This document shows, one piece after another, positions 37,450-51,152 of a stretch of DNA of 64,000 nt. Positions within the stretch are counted from its first letter, which is position 1. Every line of letters starts with the position of its first letter. The notes beneath the pieces were generated by a model. The model was not told the origin of the DNA. It ran no database searches and saw only the letters and a list, made by a program, of their open reading frames with translations. This stretch comes from Lama glama (taxonomy: Eukaryota). The DNA lies in NCBI GenBank assembly GCA_028534125.1, contig CM052816.1:81842001-81906000 (forward strand), written 5' to 3'. Both the position numbers and the translations under genes were made by a program.

Positions 37450-38299
37450 TTCTTCCACACTGCCTGCCAACACGCCACCGACCAGCACCCCGCCTCTCTC
37501 AACAAGTGTCCCCGGTTCCTCAACACTGCCCCATTTCTTCTCCAGACCTTCCTTCCAGCTCCAGACCTTCACCTTTGTGGAAGACACACCTTCCCCGGCA
37601 GCTCTCTCTAGCAGTCTGTTTATTTGGTCACAACAAACATTACCTATTACTCAAGGTCAGAAGCTGTGTGAGGGACTCCCATGCTTTCATTCTACTGTTT
37701 AGCAATTCCATCACCCTCTTATCTAAACTGGCTTGTCCTTTGGTTGTATCTACCTGGAAAGCTCCAGTCCAAGATGAAAACTGGCCTTTCCCTGAGCCTA
37801 TACCTGTCAGTTGAATCACCGATGGAAAAAAAACCGTCCCTGGGAAGATGGTGAATTCGTGGTTGCCCATTTCAATTGGCTCTATACAGTGTCCAGTTAC
37901 TATTTCTCTAGCCAATCCACACTCCCATCTACACAATAAGTGTTTCAGACCTTTTTGCTATGTTCAAATTTTTTATTCCTCTTGTCTCATCCTTGTACTA
38001 CCCTCTTTTTATTTGAAAGTGACTTTGCTTTCTAATTCTTAGACAAAAGTTATGAGATAGGAGCTCCTTTAACTTCCTACCTCCAGATTAACAGATCTTT
38101 CTGAAAATCAGCACCCATCTTCCTCTTCCTTTTTGGCATTAGCATCTCTCCACTTGACTATCCCATAGTTGCCTCAAATTATATAAGTCCAAAGTGAATT
38201 TATGTTCTTTTCCCCAAAATTTCTTCTGCATTGTTTGGCTGTCCCAGTAAATAGAGGTCTAGGATTAGAGCTTGTCCATTGTCCAAATTGAAAGCCTCT
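37450..38299 (+). mobile_element. Old L2 ORF2 (endonuclease-side) fragment
   Basis: gaagacacaccttccccggcagctctctctagcag... in a pyrimidine-rich L2-like context; highly diverged. Confidence 0.45.
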
Positions 38300-38799
38300 N
38301 NNNNNNNNNNNNNNNNNNNNNNNNNNNNNNNNNNNNNNNNNNNNNNNNNNNNNNNNNNNNNNNNNNNNNNNNNNNNNNNNNNNNNNNNNNNNNNNNNNNN
38401 NNNNNNNNNNNNNNNNNNNNNNNNNNNNNNNNNNNNNNNNNNNNNNNNNNNNNNNNNNNNNNNNNNNNNNNNNNNNNNNNNNNNNNNNNNNNNNNNNNNN
38501 NNNNNNNNNNNNNNNNNNNNNNNNNNNNNNNNNNNNNNNNNNNNNNNNNNNNNNNNNNNNNNNNNNNNNNNNNNNNNNNNNNNNNNNNNNNNNNNNNNNN
38601 NNNNNNNNNNNNNNNNNNNNNNNNNNNNNNNNNNNNNNNNNNNNNNNNNNNNNNNNNNNNNNNNNNNNNNNNNNNNNNNNNNNNNNNNNNNNNNNNNNNN
38701 NNNNNNNNNNNNNNNNNNNNNNNNNNNNNNNNNNNNNNNNNNNNNNNNNNNNNNNNNNNNNNNNNNNNNNNNNNNNNNNNNNNNNNNNNNNNNNNNNNN
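38300..38799. other. Assembly gap (500 N)
   Basis: Run of N; the round length suggests a placeholder of unknown true size. Confidence 1.
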
Positions 38800-38859
38800 A
38801 TAAGGTATTTTTTGTAGCAGCACCTCATTCTTAGGTACCAATTTCTCTTTTAACTAATC

Positions 38860-39287
38860 TTTGTTGTGGAATAAAATGTAAAATGTAATGGCTTAAATCA
38901 GCATCATTTCATGTAATTCTCTGGGTTGGCTAAGCAGTCCTCTGCTGCTTCCACTTAGGCTCGCACACGCAGCTGCATTCAGCTGGCAGGTCAGCTGGTG
39001 GGGTGCTGAACTTAGCGGGGACAGCTGGGTCTCTTTTTCCATATGCCCTTCTGTCCTGGGCTTCATTATGGTGTGGTGGTCTCAAGGCAGCATTTCAAGA
39101 AAATAAAGGCAGACACCACATCTCTTTATGTGTCCCAAGCTCTGAAACTTGCCAAACGTCACTTCTGCCACATTCTATTGGATAAAGCGAAGAGCAAAGC
39201 CAGCCCAGATCCAAGAGGTGGGGAAGTAGACTCCACCTCAAATGGAAGGAGCTGCAAATAATTTGTGGCTGTATTTAAGTTACCACA
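38860..39287 (-). mobile_element. MLT1 (F/G/H-like) LTR
   Basis: gtaatggcttaaatcagca...cgtcacttctgccacattctattgg...aaagccagcccagatccaagagg..gactccacctc..ggaaggagctgcaaa..taccaca. Confidence 0.8.
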
Positions 39288-39294
39288 GAAAGTT

Positions 39295-42200
39295 ATGCTC
39301 TCTTCCTAGATAGAAAGACTCAATATCATAAAGATGTCAGTTCCTTCAAATAAATCTGTACAGCCAATGTCATACCAATCAAAATCCCAACAGGATATTT
39401 CAAGAAACTTGATAAGATGTTCCTAAAATTCGTATGGAAGAGCAAAGGGCTCAGAATCACCATCTCTGTAAAGCTGTTCATCCCCCATGCCTTTCTATTC
39501 TGTACTCTTGGAAGGAAGTCAATATTTATAGCACACATTTAAGGACTAGTGGGTTCTGTAGTGCTTCCTTGAGAGTGAGGTATTTACATAAATTATTTGG
39601 ATTTGGAAGTTGTATTTTTCATTAAAGGATTAAATTGAGATTCTCGTTAAAGATGACTGGTTGAATAACTGCTCTCTTCCCAATGAAAATGCTATGAAAA
39701 GGAGAGTAAAAGGATTTTTATAGAAGCACAAACCCATAATGAGAAGAAAGAACACAATAGCAGTAAAATTTTGGATACGGCAAAGTAGATGGAAAAATGG
39801 TAAACGGATTAGTGGGTCCAGGAAAGCTAATCCTAAACTGGCAGTGGGCAAAGCCAGGAGGTAACCTACTTTACATGGCAGAACCTCAGAAACTGGTACC
39901 AGATCACTGTGGGAACAGGGGAGGAGGAGCAGATAATGGTAGGGCTGAAAATAGAGAGATGGTTTGAAAGTCTATTTAAAAAATAATCTCCAGACCTCCT
40001 CCTCTACTCTGTACAGCTGCCCAGGAGAAGATAACAAAACAGAGGGGCTCTGGACTCAGGGATCACAGGCATGGGTGAAGGAGGCATCCAGTGAGAGCTT
40101 CAATCCTGACATCTGGGGGATCCAGTGAGAGCTTATGTCTTAGAACTGGGGACATGTCAGCCTTCTCCCTCCTCTCAATTCTTGGAACACTAGAAGCTAG
40201 GATTTTACCCTCCATCCAGGACCTTGGAGACTGTCTTCTCTGGAAAATTCCACCAACCCAAGAGAAAAGGTTGAAAAACACCGATATGAGGATTTCCCCA
40301 AAGAACTACCCTGAAGCCCCCACTTCACCACCTCCCACAACGCAAACAGACAGCTTCCAAGTAACTTTTTTGGCCTCTCTTTCTAAATCTGAGCAGACTG
40401 CTAGAGAATGTCATACATTTAGGAAAAAAATTCTCTAATGTGAAACACAGAGTTCAAAATAAAATATTACAATAACAACAAGATGTTTATAATTGCTCCA
40501 AAGTGGAAACAACCCAAATGTCTAGTCAACTGGTGAATGTTAAAACAAAATGTGGTCCATCAGCACAATGGAATAGGCTTCAACAATAGAAAGGAACAAA
40601 CTCCTAACGCATGCTGCAACAAAGATGACCTTCAGAAATGCCAAGCAAAGTGAAAAATCAGACACAAAAAGCCTATATTATAGGATTTTATTTACATGGA
40701 ATTCCTAGAAAAAGTAAATGCACAGAGACAGAATGCTGATTGGGACCAGGGTTAAGAATGGAGATGAACTGCAAACGGGCACTAGAGATCTTTAGGGGGC
40801 AATGGAAATGTTCTAAAACTGGACTGCAGTGATGGGTGAATTTTATGGCACAAATTATACCTCCAATAATCCTGTTATTTTAAAGGAACTCAGGACACGA
40901 ACTACAGAGGGAGAAGAAAAATGAAACAAAAAGTCATTACAGCTCTCAAAGAAATAAGAGAGACTATTGTACCCATAAAACAAGAACAAGATGGTATTTT
41001 TAAAAAGAGGAATACTCAGAGGACAACAAAAACACTAGGAAAATAAAAATTAGATGGCAGAAATGAAAGACTCAGTAGAAAAGTAGAGGATATAGTTGGG
41101 GAATCCAAAACTTAGGGCAAAATGGCAAGTAATTGGACAAGAAGAGAGAGAATTGAAGAAATTAGTTCATCAGTCCAGGAGGCCTAACAGCTAAATAATA
41201 GGAGCTCCAGAAATAGAGAAAAGAATGATGAAGAAAAGTGTTAGTAACATAACCTGAGAGAATTTTGCAGAGCTGAAGAACATGAGCCTTTTTTCAAAAG
41301 AGGCCCTCTGGATATTCAGCCCAAGGAATAAAAGACAAAAAACCAAACAAACAAAATATATAAAAAAACCCAAGAAATAATAAGACAACAACAAAAGATT
41401 CATTATCACTAAATTTCAAACACTGGTGATAAACAGAAGACGCTAAAAGTTCTGGTGGGGAGGAGGCGGGGTAGACAGGTAATGCGCAGAAGCATGCAAG
41501 AATGGCATCAAACATCTCAAATGGGAGGTGGATGATAAGGAAACTGGACCTCCACATTTCCAACGGACAATTTTTTTTAACCAAAAATTCTGCATTTAGT
41601 CAAACTCTCCATCAAGGGAGAGGGTAGTAAAGAGGCAATTTAGATGTGCAGGACTTTAAAAATCTCCTTCCCAATCACCCTTCTTAGGAAGCCTATCTGG
41701 GGATGTGCACGCACACACACACACACCATTCACATGGAAGGGCTTGATGTAGAGGGAAGATACAGGGATACAGGGATACAGGGGATTGAGGAAACAAAGC
41801 ATACAACAGGGGCAGAAAGAATCCCCAGGGTGATGGCAAATAGAAGCTCCAATACAAGAGGGGAGCAACAGCCCCACAGTGGAAGCACCCATTCGCAGTA
41901 GGAGGCTGGAGGCACTAGGACTCGGGACTGAAGAGGGTTGGGTGCCTGGGATGCAGTTCTTCAGTTTTCTAACATGCTTTGTATAAAATTTAATTGAGAG
42001 AATTTACAGAGCTGTTGAAGATGTGGGAATATTTAGTCAGATTTCCAAGAAAATTAAGAAAATTCTTTTAAATGAGGCAATTATTAACTCCAGAAAAAAC
42101 AGTTATGTAAGGAAGGATATATAATTATGCTACTTGATGCAAAAATCCACTACATACTACGTACACATAGTCAGAATTATGAAAACACTGAACATAGGCT

Positions 42201-42560
42201 TAATAGATATTGAAGAGATAATTTTATTGAGAAGATGGTGGAAGAGAAAGGGGATATAAATGAGCTAAAATCCTTATTTAGAATTGGAAATCAACAGATA
42301 AATCTATTCACATGAGTCAAGGAATAGCAGTATATACATATTATTTAGAAATAAGAAAGTAAGATCAGAGAAAATAGCTAAAATAATTGAAATTGGTTAC
42401 TTGGCAGATGATGGGATAGGAAGTGGAAGAAAAGAAACTATTGTTTTATAAAAGTTACTTTTAGCAATATTCGATCTTTTATACTATTCAAACAGCACTT
42501 TGATAAAAAGTTGATTAAAATAATAATTATAGTCACTTTATTGAATGCAAAAAACCTATA
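39295..42560 (+). mobile_element. Cluster of old L1M fragments (ORF2 piece, 5'/ORF1 region, L1MB/ME 3' end at ~40480-40880)
   Basis: gaaagactcaatatcataaagatgtcagtt..ccaatcaaaatcccaacagg; ggaaacaacccaaatgtc..ggaaatgttctaaaactgga; A-rich decayed ORF1. Confidence 0.75.
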
Positions 42561-43989
42561 GTTAAAATTGTACAATAACAAGAAATAGGAAACTTCAAAT
42601 TATAGTATTAATGCTCAGTTTAATATACATAAAATTTTATTTACTCATATGAATTAATACCAAAAAGAAGACACAATTTGGAAAAGCCATCTTGTATGTT
42701 ATGTTTGTTTCATAAAATTGAAGTTTTAAAATTGTTATAATTAATTCATGAAAAGTTGAGGATTTGACTCTAGCTTTCTGAAGTTTATTAATATTTAAAG
42801 CCCCAGTCTGTATTTGAAGCATAAAGAGCTTTATCAAATTAAAGAGTGGCAAATCATTCCTCTTTGAAGACAAACATTACAATTTGCATTCAAATGCCTT
42901 CCTTATCTTTTTAAAAGGGGAAAGGCAGCACTTATTTTAGTCCTCATTATATTTACTGTCCTAAGAAATTACACCCAAATGATGAATGTAATCCTGATTA
43001 CTTGTTTCTTCTGGGTTGAACATACGTGCACACACCCATACTTAAATATTAAGAAATCAGCAGTTATTTTACCCATCTGCAGTTTGAGCCCAGTGATGGA
43101 ACAGCCTCCCTACCTCCAGAAATATTTACTTTATTCCTGGTATTGGCTGGGTGTTGAGGATACAAAAAAGAATAAAATATAATCTTTTCTACAGGGAAAT
43201 TACAAGCTGGTGCCACTTTATACCATGAACCCTAAAACAACATGAAAAGGTTGAGAGGAACAAAGTTCTACAAGAATAGAGAGGAATCAGAATTTACAGG
43301 ATGTCAGGGACAGAGAATACTGGAAGAAACTGTCCGCAGAAAATACTTTATCCCTTTGACTTGGAGAGGTGGCCAAGCCAAAGGAGAGGACTAACGCCCT
43401 TAGGCAGAGGGAGCAGCAAGAGCAAAGCATCCAGTGAAACGCATAGAATACCTGGAAACCCTGCCTCCCAAAGTGGTTCACTTGTGGTTCCTGGTCACCC
43501 CGACCACGCACTCCCCCAAAGTCACTCACACACACTGGCAGGAGGAGAGGCGGCCTAGAGTGTTTCATTGGAATTGGACACACCTGGGTGGAGGGCAGGG
43601 TTGGCTCTATGGAACAAGCTGCAGCTGTTTCATTTCTAGCACAAAGAAGAATGCATTGTAAGGGCATTTGAGCAAATGAGTGCTCTGTGAATTGTGCTAA
43701 ATTTAAAATTCTTGGACAAAAGCATTTACTTTACTTTCCAGGTGATTCAGGCTAATATGAGAAGACTTCATAAACAATTTATATATATGCAAATTGGACA
43801 TGAGATGGTTTTTCATTTAACAATTATTTATTGGACACCTGCTATGGGCTGCCCTCCGTGTGAAAGGAACCAAGAACAAGAGAAGTTCTCATGCTCGTGA
43901 CAAATATTCTAGCAGCTTGTATTCATTTATAGTTCATCTTTCTTGATTAAAAAAAATCATTGCCAGGAATCAACTTAAAAAGTCATCAA

Positions 43990-44170
43990 ACACAGCAGGG
44001 ATTTACTGTATAGCACAGGGAACTATATTCAGTATCTTGTAATAACCTATAATGGAAAAGAATTTTTAAAAAATACAGATATATGCATATATACGTTATC
44101 ACCGAATCACTTTGCTGTACAACTGAAACTAACACAATATTGTAAATCAACTATATTTCAATTAAAAAAA
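43990..44170 (+). mobile_element. Cetartiodactyl-type L1 3' end
   Basis: tactgtatagcacagggaactatattcagtatcttgtaataacctataatggaaaagaa...gaatcactttgctgtac..tgtaaatcaactatatttcaattaaaaaaa. Confidence 0.88.
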
Positions 44171-44354
44171 CCCATGAAGGCCAAATTAAGAGACTTACCA
44201 ACAATACTGAAGAAAACTTAGATGCAAATGTGACAAGATGATTTAAAAACTTGTATTAGAAAAAAATTGTAGCATTGCCCGGATAAATCTGGTAGTCTAG
44301 TGCCACCTTGTGTTCAAACTACTAAATTACAATGTGATTGAATAGTAAAGATTA

Positions 44355-44845
44355 TTTGTTTCCTATCTTTCCTACTGCAGCTGTAACAAACTGCCACAAA
44401 TGTAGTGGCTTTAAAACAACACAAATTTATTATTTTATAATCCTGTAGGTCACAAGTTTGTAGTGGATCCCAGTGGGCTAACATCAACGTGGCAGCATGG
44501 CTGTGTTCCTTCAAGGCCATAGAGAAGAATCTTACCTTTTCCACCTTCTAGAAGCTGCCTGAATTCCTTTGCGTCTTCAGAACAAGAAATGGCTAGCTGA
44601 GTCTTCTCACAGTAAATCACTCTAACACTGCCTCTCCTCTTTCAGTTATTAGACTCTTGTGAATACAGAGGCTCCACCTGGATCCTGTATCAGGGTCCTC
44701 CCTCCATCTCAAAATCAGTTGATTAGCAAAATTAATTCCATCTGTTACCTTCTCCCTGGCCTCGTAACATAACATACTCACAGACTTTGGGGATTGGGAT
44801 GACCGCATCTTGGGGGTGGGGTGGGCATTATTCCGCCTACCACCG
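44355..44845 (-). mobile_element. MLT1D-like LTR
   Basis: gctgtaacaaactgccacaaatgtagtggctttaaaacaacacaaatttattattt...gggcattattccgcctaccac. Confidence 0.85.
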
Positions 44846-45534
44846 AATCTATTATAGTTTTTTCTAGGGGACAAATATACTACTTTTTATGTATCAATCA
44901 ATGGTGAAGACATTAAATTAAACTGTTTTTTTTGCCTCTATTTGTAACTTGGAATTGATGAACAGAACGAAAAATCTTTCACCAATGTCTGTAAAAGAAA
45001 CCAAGCTTTTAGAACGTCCCCTCCCCCACAACGTGCCAGTGAATTTTTATTTATGCTTTACTAATCTTAGCTAGAAAACCCAAACTGAATATAAAATATT
45101 GTCAAATTAATCTTAAAATTATTTTGAATTGATAAAGGCAGATGTAAGCCCAAATATTGCCTGGTAATATACAAAATATACAAGTAGAGGGTCTTTTGTT
45201 TACAGGATAAATGATTTTGTTCTAAAACTGGTCAGAATTAAGCTCACAAAAACTCAAAAATAGAAACCTCTGAAGGGATTAAAGGAGGAGAGGAAAGAGG
45301 AAGAGAACAGGTCGATTTGGTTCTTTACATGCACCTACCTCTGTTACAGTAGCAGGTGAGCATCCCACTTTTTATAAGTCATTTTCCAGCAAGAGCAAGA
45401 GACTTCTCTGCACCCACCAGGTTTCGACGGGCTTCTGGAGTGGCATTCAGAATCACTGGAGGATGGCGAGTCAGAGGATGATGTAGGCAGGGGATGCTAA
45501 TCAAATATCGAAGGAAAATCAAGAGGATAAAATA

Positions 45535-45645
45535 AAGAATATGAAAACGACTGTATGTATGCATATGCATGACTGGGACATTGTACTGTATACCAGAAAT
45601 TGACACGTTGTAACTGAAGGTATTTCAATAAAAAAATTAAAAAGA
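45535..45645 (+). mobile_element. Camelid-type L1 3' end (5'-truncated)
   Basis: gcatgactgggacattgtactgtataccagaaattgacacg..tcaataaaaaaa, with apparent TSD agaggataaaat/agaagataaaat. Confidence 0.8.
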
Positions 45646-45769
45646 TAGAAGATAAAATGCTTGAGTTTTCAATAGTCCTCCCCTGCCTTTTCTGGAAGGT
45701 CATATATAGTGTGCTGTGGGAAGGGTACATCACTGTTATCCAGGTAGGATGAGGAAAAAACATAATAAT

Positions 45770-46650
45770 TGAAGACATTTTTCTGTTATAAAATTTTTCT
45801 TACCCACTATTAGTGGAACTTACTGGTAGTAACATCAATCTTTCCAGGGCCTGGGTATGGCTTTTTGTCCAGCTTTTCTTCTCTTCAGCAATATTTTGCT
45901 ACTAAGTATGATATCTTTTTGAAGATGCCTTTTAAATTTAACAAAAAGTTCCTTTCTAGGTCCTACTTTGCAAAGATTTTGTTTTAAAATCATGATGCCT
46001 ATTGAATTTTTTCAGAGGCTTTTTTTTTTTTTTTGCATTTATTGGTTTGGCCATAAGGTGTTTCTTTTATTTCGTTAATGTGGCAAATAACATCAATTGA
46101 TTTTTAAATGTTAAGGTAACCTTGCATTCCTGAAATAAACCTACTTAATCATGATGTAGGATTGCTGCTTTTGACTTGCTAATAGTTGTGAAAGATTTTT
46201 GCAATTTAAGAGATGTTGGTCTCGAATATTCTTGTAGTGTTTCTGTCAAGTTTTTTGGCAGTGTTATCTTGGCTTCATAAAATGAGTTGGGAATAGTTTC
46301 TATTTTCTAAAGGAGTTTCTGTAAGATTAGTATAATTTCTTCCTTATATGTTGGATAGAATTCCCAAAGAAAACCATCTGGACCTGCAGTTTTCTTTGTA
46401 GGAAGGCTTTTGATCATCATTTCAACTTTAAAAATAGAATTATTCAAATTTTCTATTTCTTTTTGTATCCTTGTGCTAAGTTGTGTTTTTCAAAGAACTT
46501 TCTTTTCATGTCGCTTGTCAAGTTTATTGGCGTAAAGTTACTCACTATATTTTTTATTTGCCTTTTAATGTATGTAGGTCTGTGGTGATAGCCCCTCCTT
46601 CATTTCTGATGCTGGTAGTGTGTGCTTTACCTCCTTTTTCCCCTGCTCAG
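45770..46650 (-). mobile_element. Old L1M ORF2 fragment
   Basis: ccttgcattcctgaaataaacctacttaatcatgatgta...ggcttcataaaatgagttgggaa...aaaccatctggacctg. Confidence 0.8.
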
Positions 46651-47149
46651 TCTGCAGCATTCCCAAAAGTATCTTGTGACAGTGTTTTCCCCAGGACAAG
46701 CAAAAAGGATGATCTTCTTTCAGTATGAAGAGGTATAAGTCTCTTTTCTTTTCTTCTACTCCCCCCAACCCCAACCCAAACACGAGCACATACATTTACA
46801 CATAAGACAGACTGTTTCTAGGAAACTCCATTTTCCCAATGATAAGTCCCTCAAAATGTATTTTGGATGACTAAAATATATAAACTTTGGGGGATAGAGA
46901 CAAAATTTTTAAATGTTTGCTTGTAATTGTTAATTACTATGATTACATATATTTCAAATCAAATGCTTTATTGAGTTTTTTTAATGTAATTTTATTTTTT
47001 ATTGAAGTATATTTGACACAACATTATATGAGTTTCATGTGTAGTATTGAGTTTTTGTGTTAAAATGTATGTATCACAAACTGGAAATTTAAATTTGTGC
47101 CATTTATTATATGATTATATCTCAATAAAACTGTTAAAGAAAAAATATA

Positions 47150-48665
47150 TATATGTACCATAAAATTTACCATTTTAACCATTTTCAAGTGTACAATTCA
47201 GTGGCATTAAGGGCATTCAAAATGTTGTGCAACCACCACCACTACCTGTTTCCAGAACTTTTAAAAAATAATTCCAAACAGAAACTCTGTGCCCATTAAA
47301 CAAGAGCTCCCCACTTTCCCCAACCTCCAGGTCTTGGAAACCTCTATTCTACCTTCTGTCTCTACTCTAGGTACCTCATAGAAGCGGGATCATACAGTAT
47401 TTGTCCATCTTGTGTTTGGCTTATTTCACTTAGCGAAATGTTTTCAAGGTTCATCCATGTTGTAGGATATGTCAGAATTTTGTTCCTCTTTATGGTTAAA
47501 TAATATCCCATTTTATATATATACACACACACAAACACACACATACATACATACATATACACACACATACACCATATTTTGCTTGGGTTGCTTCCATCTT
47601 TCGACCATTGTGAATAATGCTATTATGAATATTGGTGTACAAATATCAGTTTGAGTCCCTGCTTTCAATTCTTTTGGGTATATGCATAGGAGTGGAATTG
47701 CTGGGTCATATGGTAATTTCATGTTCAGCTTTTTGAGGAACTGATAAACTGTTTTCCAAAATGGCTGCACCACTTTATATTCCTACCAGCAATACATGAA
47801 GATTCCAGTTTCTCCAAAGCCTTGCCAACACTCGCTATTTTCCTTTTATTGTTTTGGTTGTTGTTTGGTTTTGAATCACAGCCATCCTAGTGGGCAAAGA
47901 GTGGTATCCCATTGTGGTTTTGATTTGCATTTCCCTAATGACTAATGATGTTGAGTATCTTTTCATGTGCTTATTGGCTAGTTGTATATCTTCTCTGGAG
48001 AAATGCCTATTCAAGACCTTTTCCATTTTTGAATTGAGTTTTTTTTTTTCCTGTTGCATTGTTGGAATTACTTATATATTCTGGATTAACATTCTTTATC
48101 AGGTATACGATTCACAAACATTTTCTCCTATTTTGTAGTCTTTTCATTTTCTTGAAAATGTCCTTTGATGCACAAATGTCTGATTTTGATGAGGTCCAAT
48201 TTTTCTATTTGTTCTTTGTTGCCTATGCTTTTGGCATCATAGCCAAGAAATCATTGCCAGATCCAATGCCATGAAGATTTCCCGCTATGTTTTCATCTTA
48301 GAGTTCTGTAGTTTCAGCTCCTAAGCGTAGGCCTTTGATCAATTTTGAGTTAATTTCTGTACATGGTGTAGATCCACCTTCATCCTTCTGCACGTGGATA
48401 TCCAGTTTTCTCAGCACCAACTGTTGAAAAGATTGTCCTTTCCCCCGCTGAATGGTTTCGGCACTCCTACTGAAAACTGATTGACCGTGTATGCCTGGGT
48501 TTATTTCTGAGCTCTCCAGTCCATGCTGTTGGTCTAAGTGTCTATCTTCAAGCCAGGATCACACTGTTTTGATTACTATAGCTATGTAATAAGTTTTGAA
48601 ATCAGGAAGTGTGAGTCTTCCAAATTTGTTCTTTTTCAAGATTGTTTTTGCTATTGCAGGCTTAT
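47150..48665 (-). mobile_element. L1MB-like element (3' end plus ORF2 C-terminus)
   Basis: cataaaatttaccattttaaccattttcaagtgtacaattcagtggcatt; minus-strand ORF pieces LPYDPAIPLLCIYPKE..TPIFIIALF and NKHMKRYSTSLVIREMQIKTT are L1 ORF2 C-terminal motifs. Confidence 0.92.
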
Positions 48666-48959
48666 TTTGATTTCTAAATACTGATCTCCCTACTTTATGA
48701 TTCCATTTTAATCAAACATTTCACATGCAACCTCAACAGAGTCTATTCTGCTATAATTCTTAAAGGCGGATTAACTCATATGAGATTGGAAAGGAGAGAA
48801 ATGAGGTCAGTATGCCATGGAAATTGGTTCATCTGCAAAACTTCCCAGCATGTAATATTTTGTGGCACCAAGTAGAGCAGCAAGATGCAAGCCCATCAGC
48901 ATGGCTGAATAGAGCAAATACAAAGTAGGGTATTGAAAACAACACCCTTTCTTTCCATG

Positions 48960-50705
48960 TTCTTTTTTTGAAATAATTTTCCACTTAGAAGAAAGTTGCA
49001 ATAACAGTACAGAGTTCACATATGCCTTTCTTCCGGCTTCCCCCGGTTTTCACAATTCCACAACCATTATACAGTTACCAAAACCAGAAAAAACAGCATT
49101 GGTAAACACTCCTAGTCAAATACAGATTTTATTTAAATTTCACTCATTTTCCCCTTAATGCCCTTTATCTGCTTCAGGATCCAATCCAGGATCAACACTG
49201 CTTCTAGGCATTTCCTCCTTGGTTTTCTGCAATCTGGGACGGTTTCTTAGGCTTTCCTTGTCTTTCATGATCTTGATAGTCTTTCAACTTGGGTTCATCT
49301 GGCGTTGTCTCACGATTAGACTGAGGTGTTGGATTTTTGGCAAGATTACCCTAGAAGTGCTGGTGTGTCCATCTCAGGGCATAATGATTTCAGTGTGATT
49401 TATTCCTGGTGATGTTAACCTTGGGCACTTGGCTAAGGAGTTACGTGCAGATTGTCCACAGTAAAATTATGCTTTTTTCCCCTATGTAATTGACAAATAT
49501 CCTAGAGAGAGATTTGGGACTATGAAATACCTTATTTCTCCTCAAACACTCACGGCTGATTTCAGCATCCATCGAATTGATCAGGCCTGCGACACTTATT
49601 ATGGTGGTATCTGCGTGGTGATAATTTTTCATTTCTCTCATGTCTCCTATGTTTATTAGTTGGACTTTTTTTTTTTTTTGTAAGAAGACATACTGTTCCC
49701 CCATACATACTTATTTATATTGGTATGGACTCATGGAAATTTACTTTATTCTGAGCTCAAATCCAATACTATTATTTTTTATTTTGTTGCTCAAACTGTC
49801 CTAGCTTTGTCCACTGGGAACACTGTCACGTTGGTTCCTGTGTCTTTTTGACATGTTCCCATCTTTTTTCAAGTACCTCAAGCACCTCCTTATTTTCTGA
49901 TACAACAGGCCATTCTATACCCATCTTGTGTTTTTCCAAAGGAGGCCCAGCTCCTTTCATTGAGGAATAGTGTTTAGAATCCAAGTTCTAGGTTCTAGGT
50001 GTGCTTATCGCCATAAGATAACCACTACTTCTAGGTCTTTTTAGCAGATGGAGTTAAGAGATGTATGTGTATGTATGAACCCACACACTAAATGTAGGTG
50101 TATATATTAGATATGTATTAAAAATAATCATTTCAATGCTGATACTTCTGACTCCAATTCAACACCACAGGTTCCTTTCTAGCAGCACCCCCCTTTCCTT
50201 ATTTGTAACATTCCTCTGAGAATGAGAATCATGGCCCTTAAATACAATTTTTCCACTAATTTGTTCAGTACTAGTATACACACAAAATAGTTACTGAATT
50301 GCTAATCCACACTCCTATGAGAAACAAATTTACTAGCTAGAGTATAGTCATTGTAAACAGTTCTTTCTCTTTACCTTTCAGTGTCCTGTTAACTTACTGT
50401 TTTCCAAAGTTAGCTCGGTTGGTTTTTTTCCTTCCCCATCTCCTTCAGTATGGTTATGTTAGTCATTTATAATATATTTGTTAACTTTTTACTATTCATA
50501 TTCCATTTTGGGTTCTTCTCCCACCCTGGTTGATTGTAGTAATTTATTTTTGGATATGTGAGGATATGTAAGGTTCTCAGAGTCAAAGCTCCACACAAGT
50601 TGTACTCGGAGGAATGTCACTCCCTCCTAATTTCCCTATCTTTTCACCTGTTTGCTGCCCACACCTTGTAGGTAACTCACCTCTTCATTTCTGGTTTATC
50701 TTTCC
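48960..50705 (-). mobile_element. L1MC/MD-like 3' region
   Basis: tgaaataattttccacttagaagaaagttgcaataacagtacagag...caggatccaatccaggat...gatacttctgactccaattcaacaccacagg. Confidence 0.8.
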
Positions 50706-50709
50706 TGTA

Positions 50710-51152
50710 CAGATGGTCCCTGATTTAAGATTTTTTGACTTAAGATTTGTTGACTTTATGATGAAAACTATCCGCATTCGTACTTTGGATGTCGAATTCT
50801 GATCTTTCCCAGACTTGCAGCAGGATGTGGTAGATACTCTCTTGTGATGCTGGGCGGTGGCAGTGCATTGCAGCTCCCAGTCAGCCACGGGGTCACATGG
50901 GTAAACAACCCACACACTTCCAACGACTCTGTCTTTCAAAGCTAGATATGAGATATTCAACACTTTATTATAAAATTGGTTTTATTTTAGATGATTTTGC
51001 CCAACTGTAGACTAATGTACGTGTTCTGAGTGTGTTTAAGGTTGGCTAGGCTAAGCTGTATGATGTTCAGTAGGCTAGGTGTGTGAAATGCACTTTCATC
51101 TTTATGGTGGGTTTATCAGGGCATAACTCCACTGTAAGTCAGGGAAGATCTG
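50710..51152 (-). mobile_element. MER47/Tigger5-family DNA transposon
   Basis: TA|CAGATGGTCCCTGATTTA...GTAAGTCAGGGAAGATCTG|TA, with TIRs and TA TSD; homologous to 21585-22205. Confidence 0.9.

Noticed and set aside
36775..37814. Cluster of 100-160 aa ORFs suggesting a processed pseudogene
   Set aside because: No recognisable protein in any frame, and part of it looks like decayed L2. A tblastx/Dfam search would settle it.
38200..38841. Long ORFs full of X
   Set aside because: Artefacts of the 500-N gap.
40086..40134. 15-bp direct repeat atccagtgagagctt around a 19-bp spacer
   Set aside because: Small local duplication within an old L1 5' region; too short to interpret.
47362..48274. ORFs with protein-like motifs (LPYDPAIPLL, REMQIKTT)
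   Set aside because: Decayed L1 ORF2 C-terminus, not a host gene.
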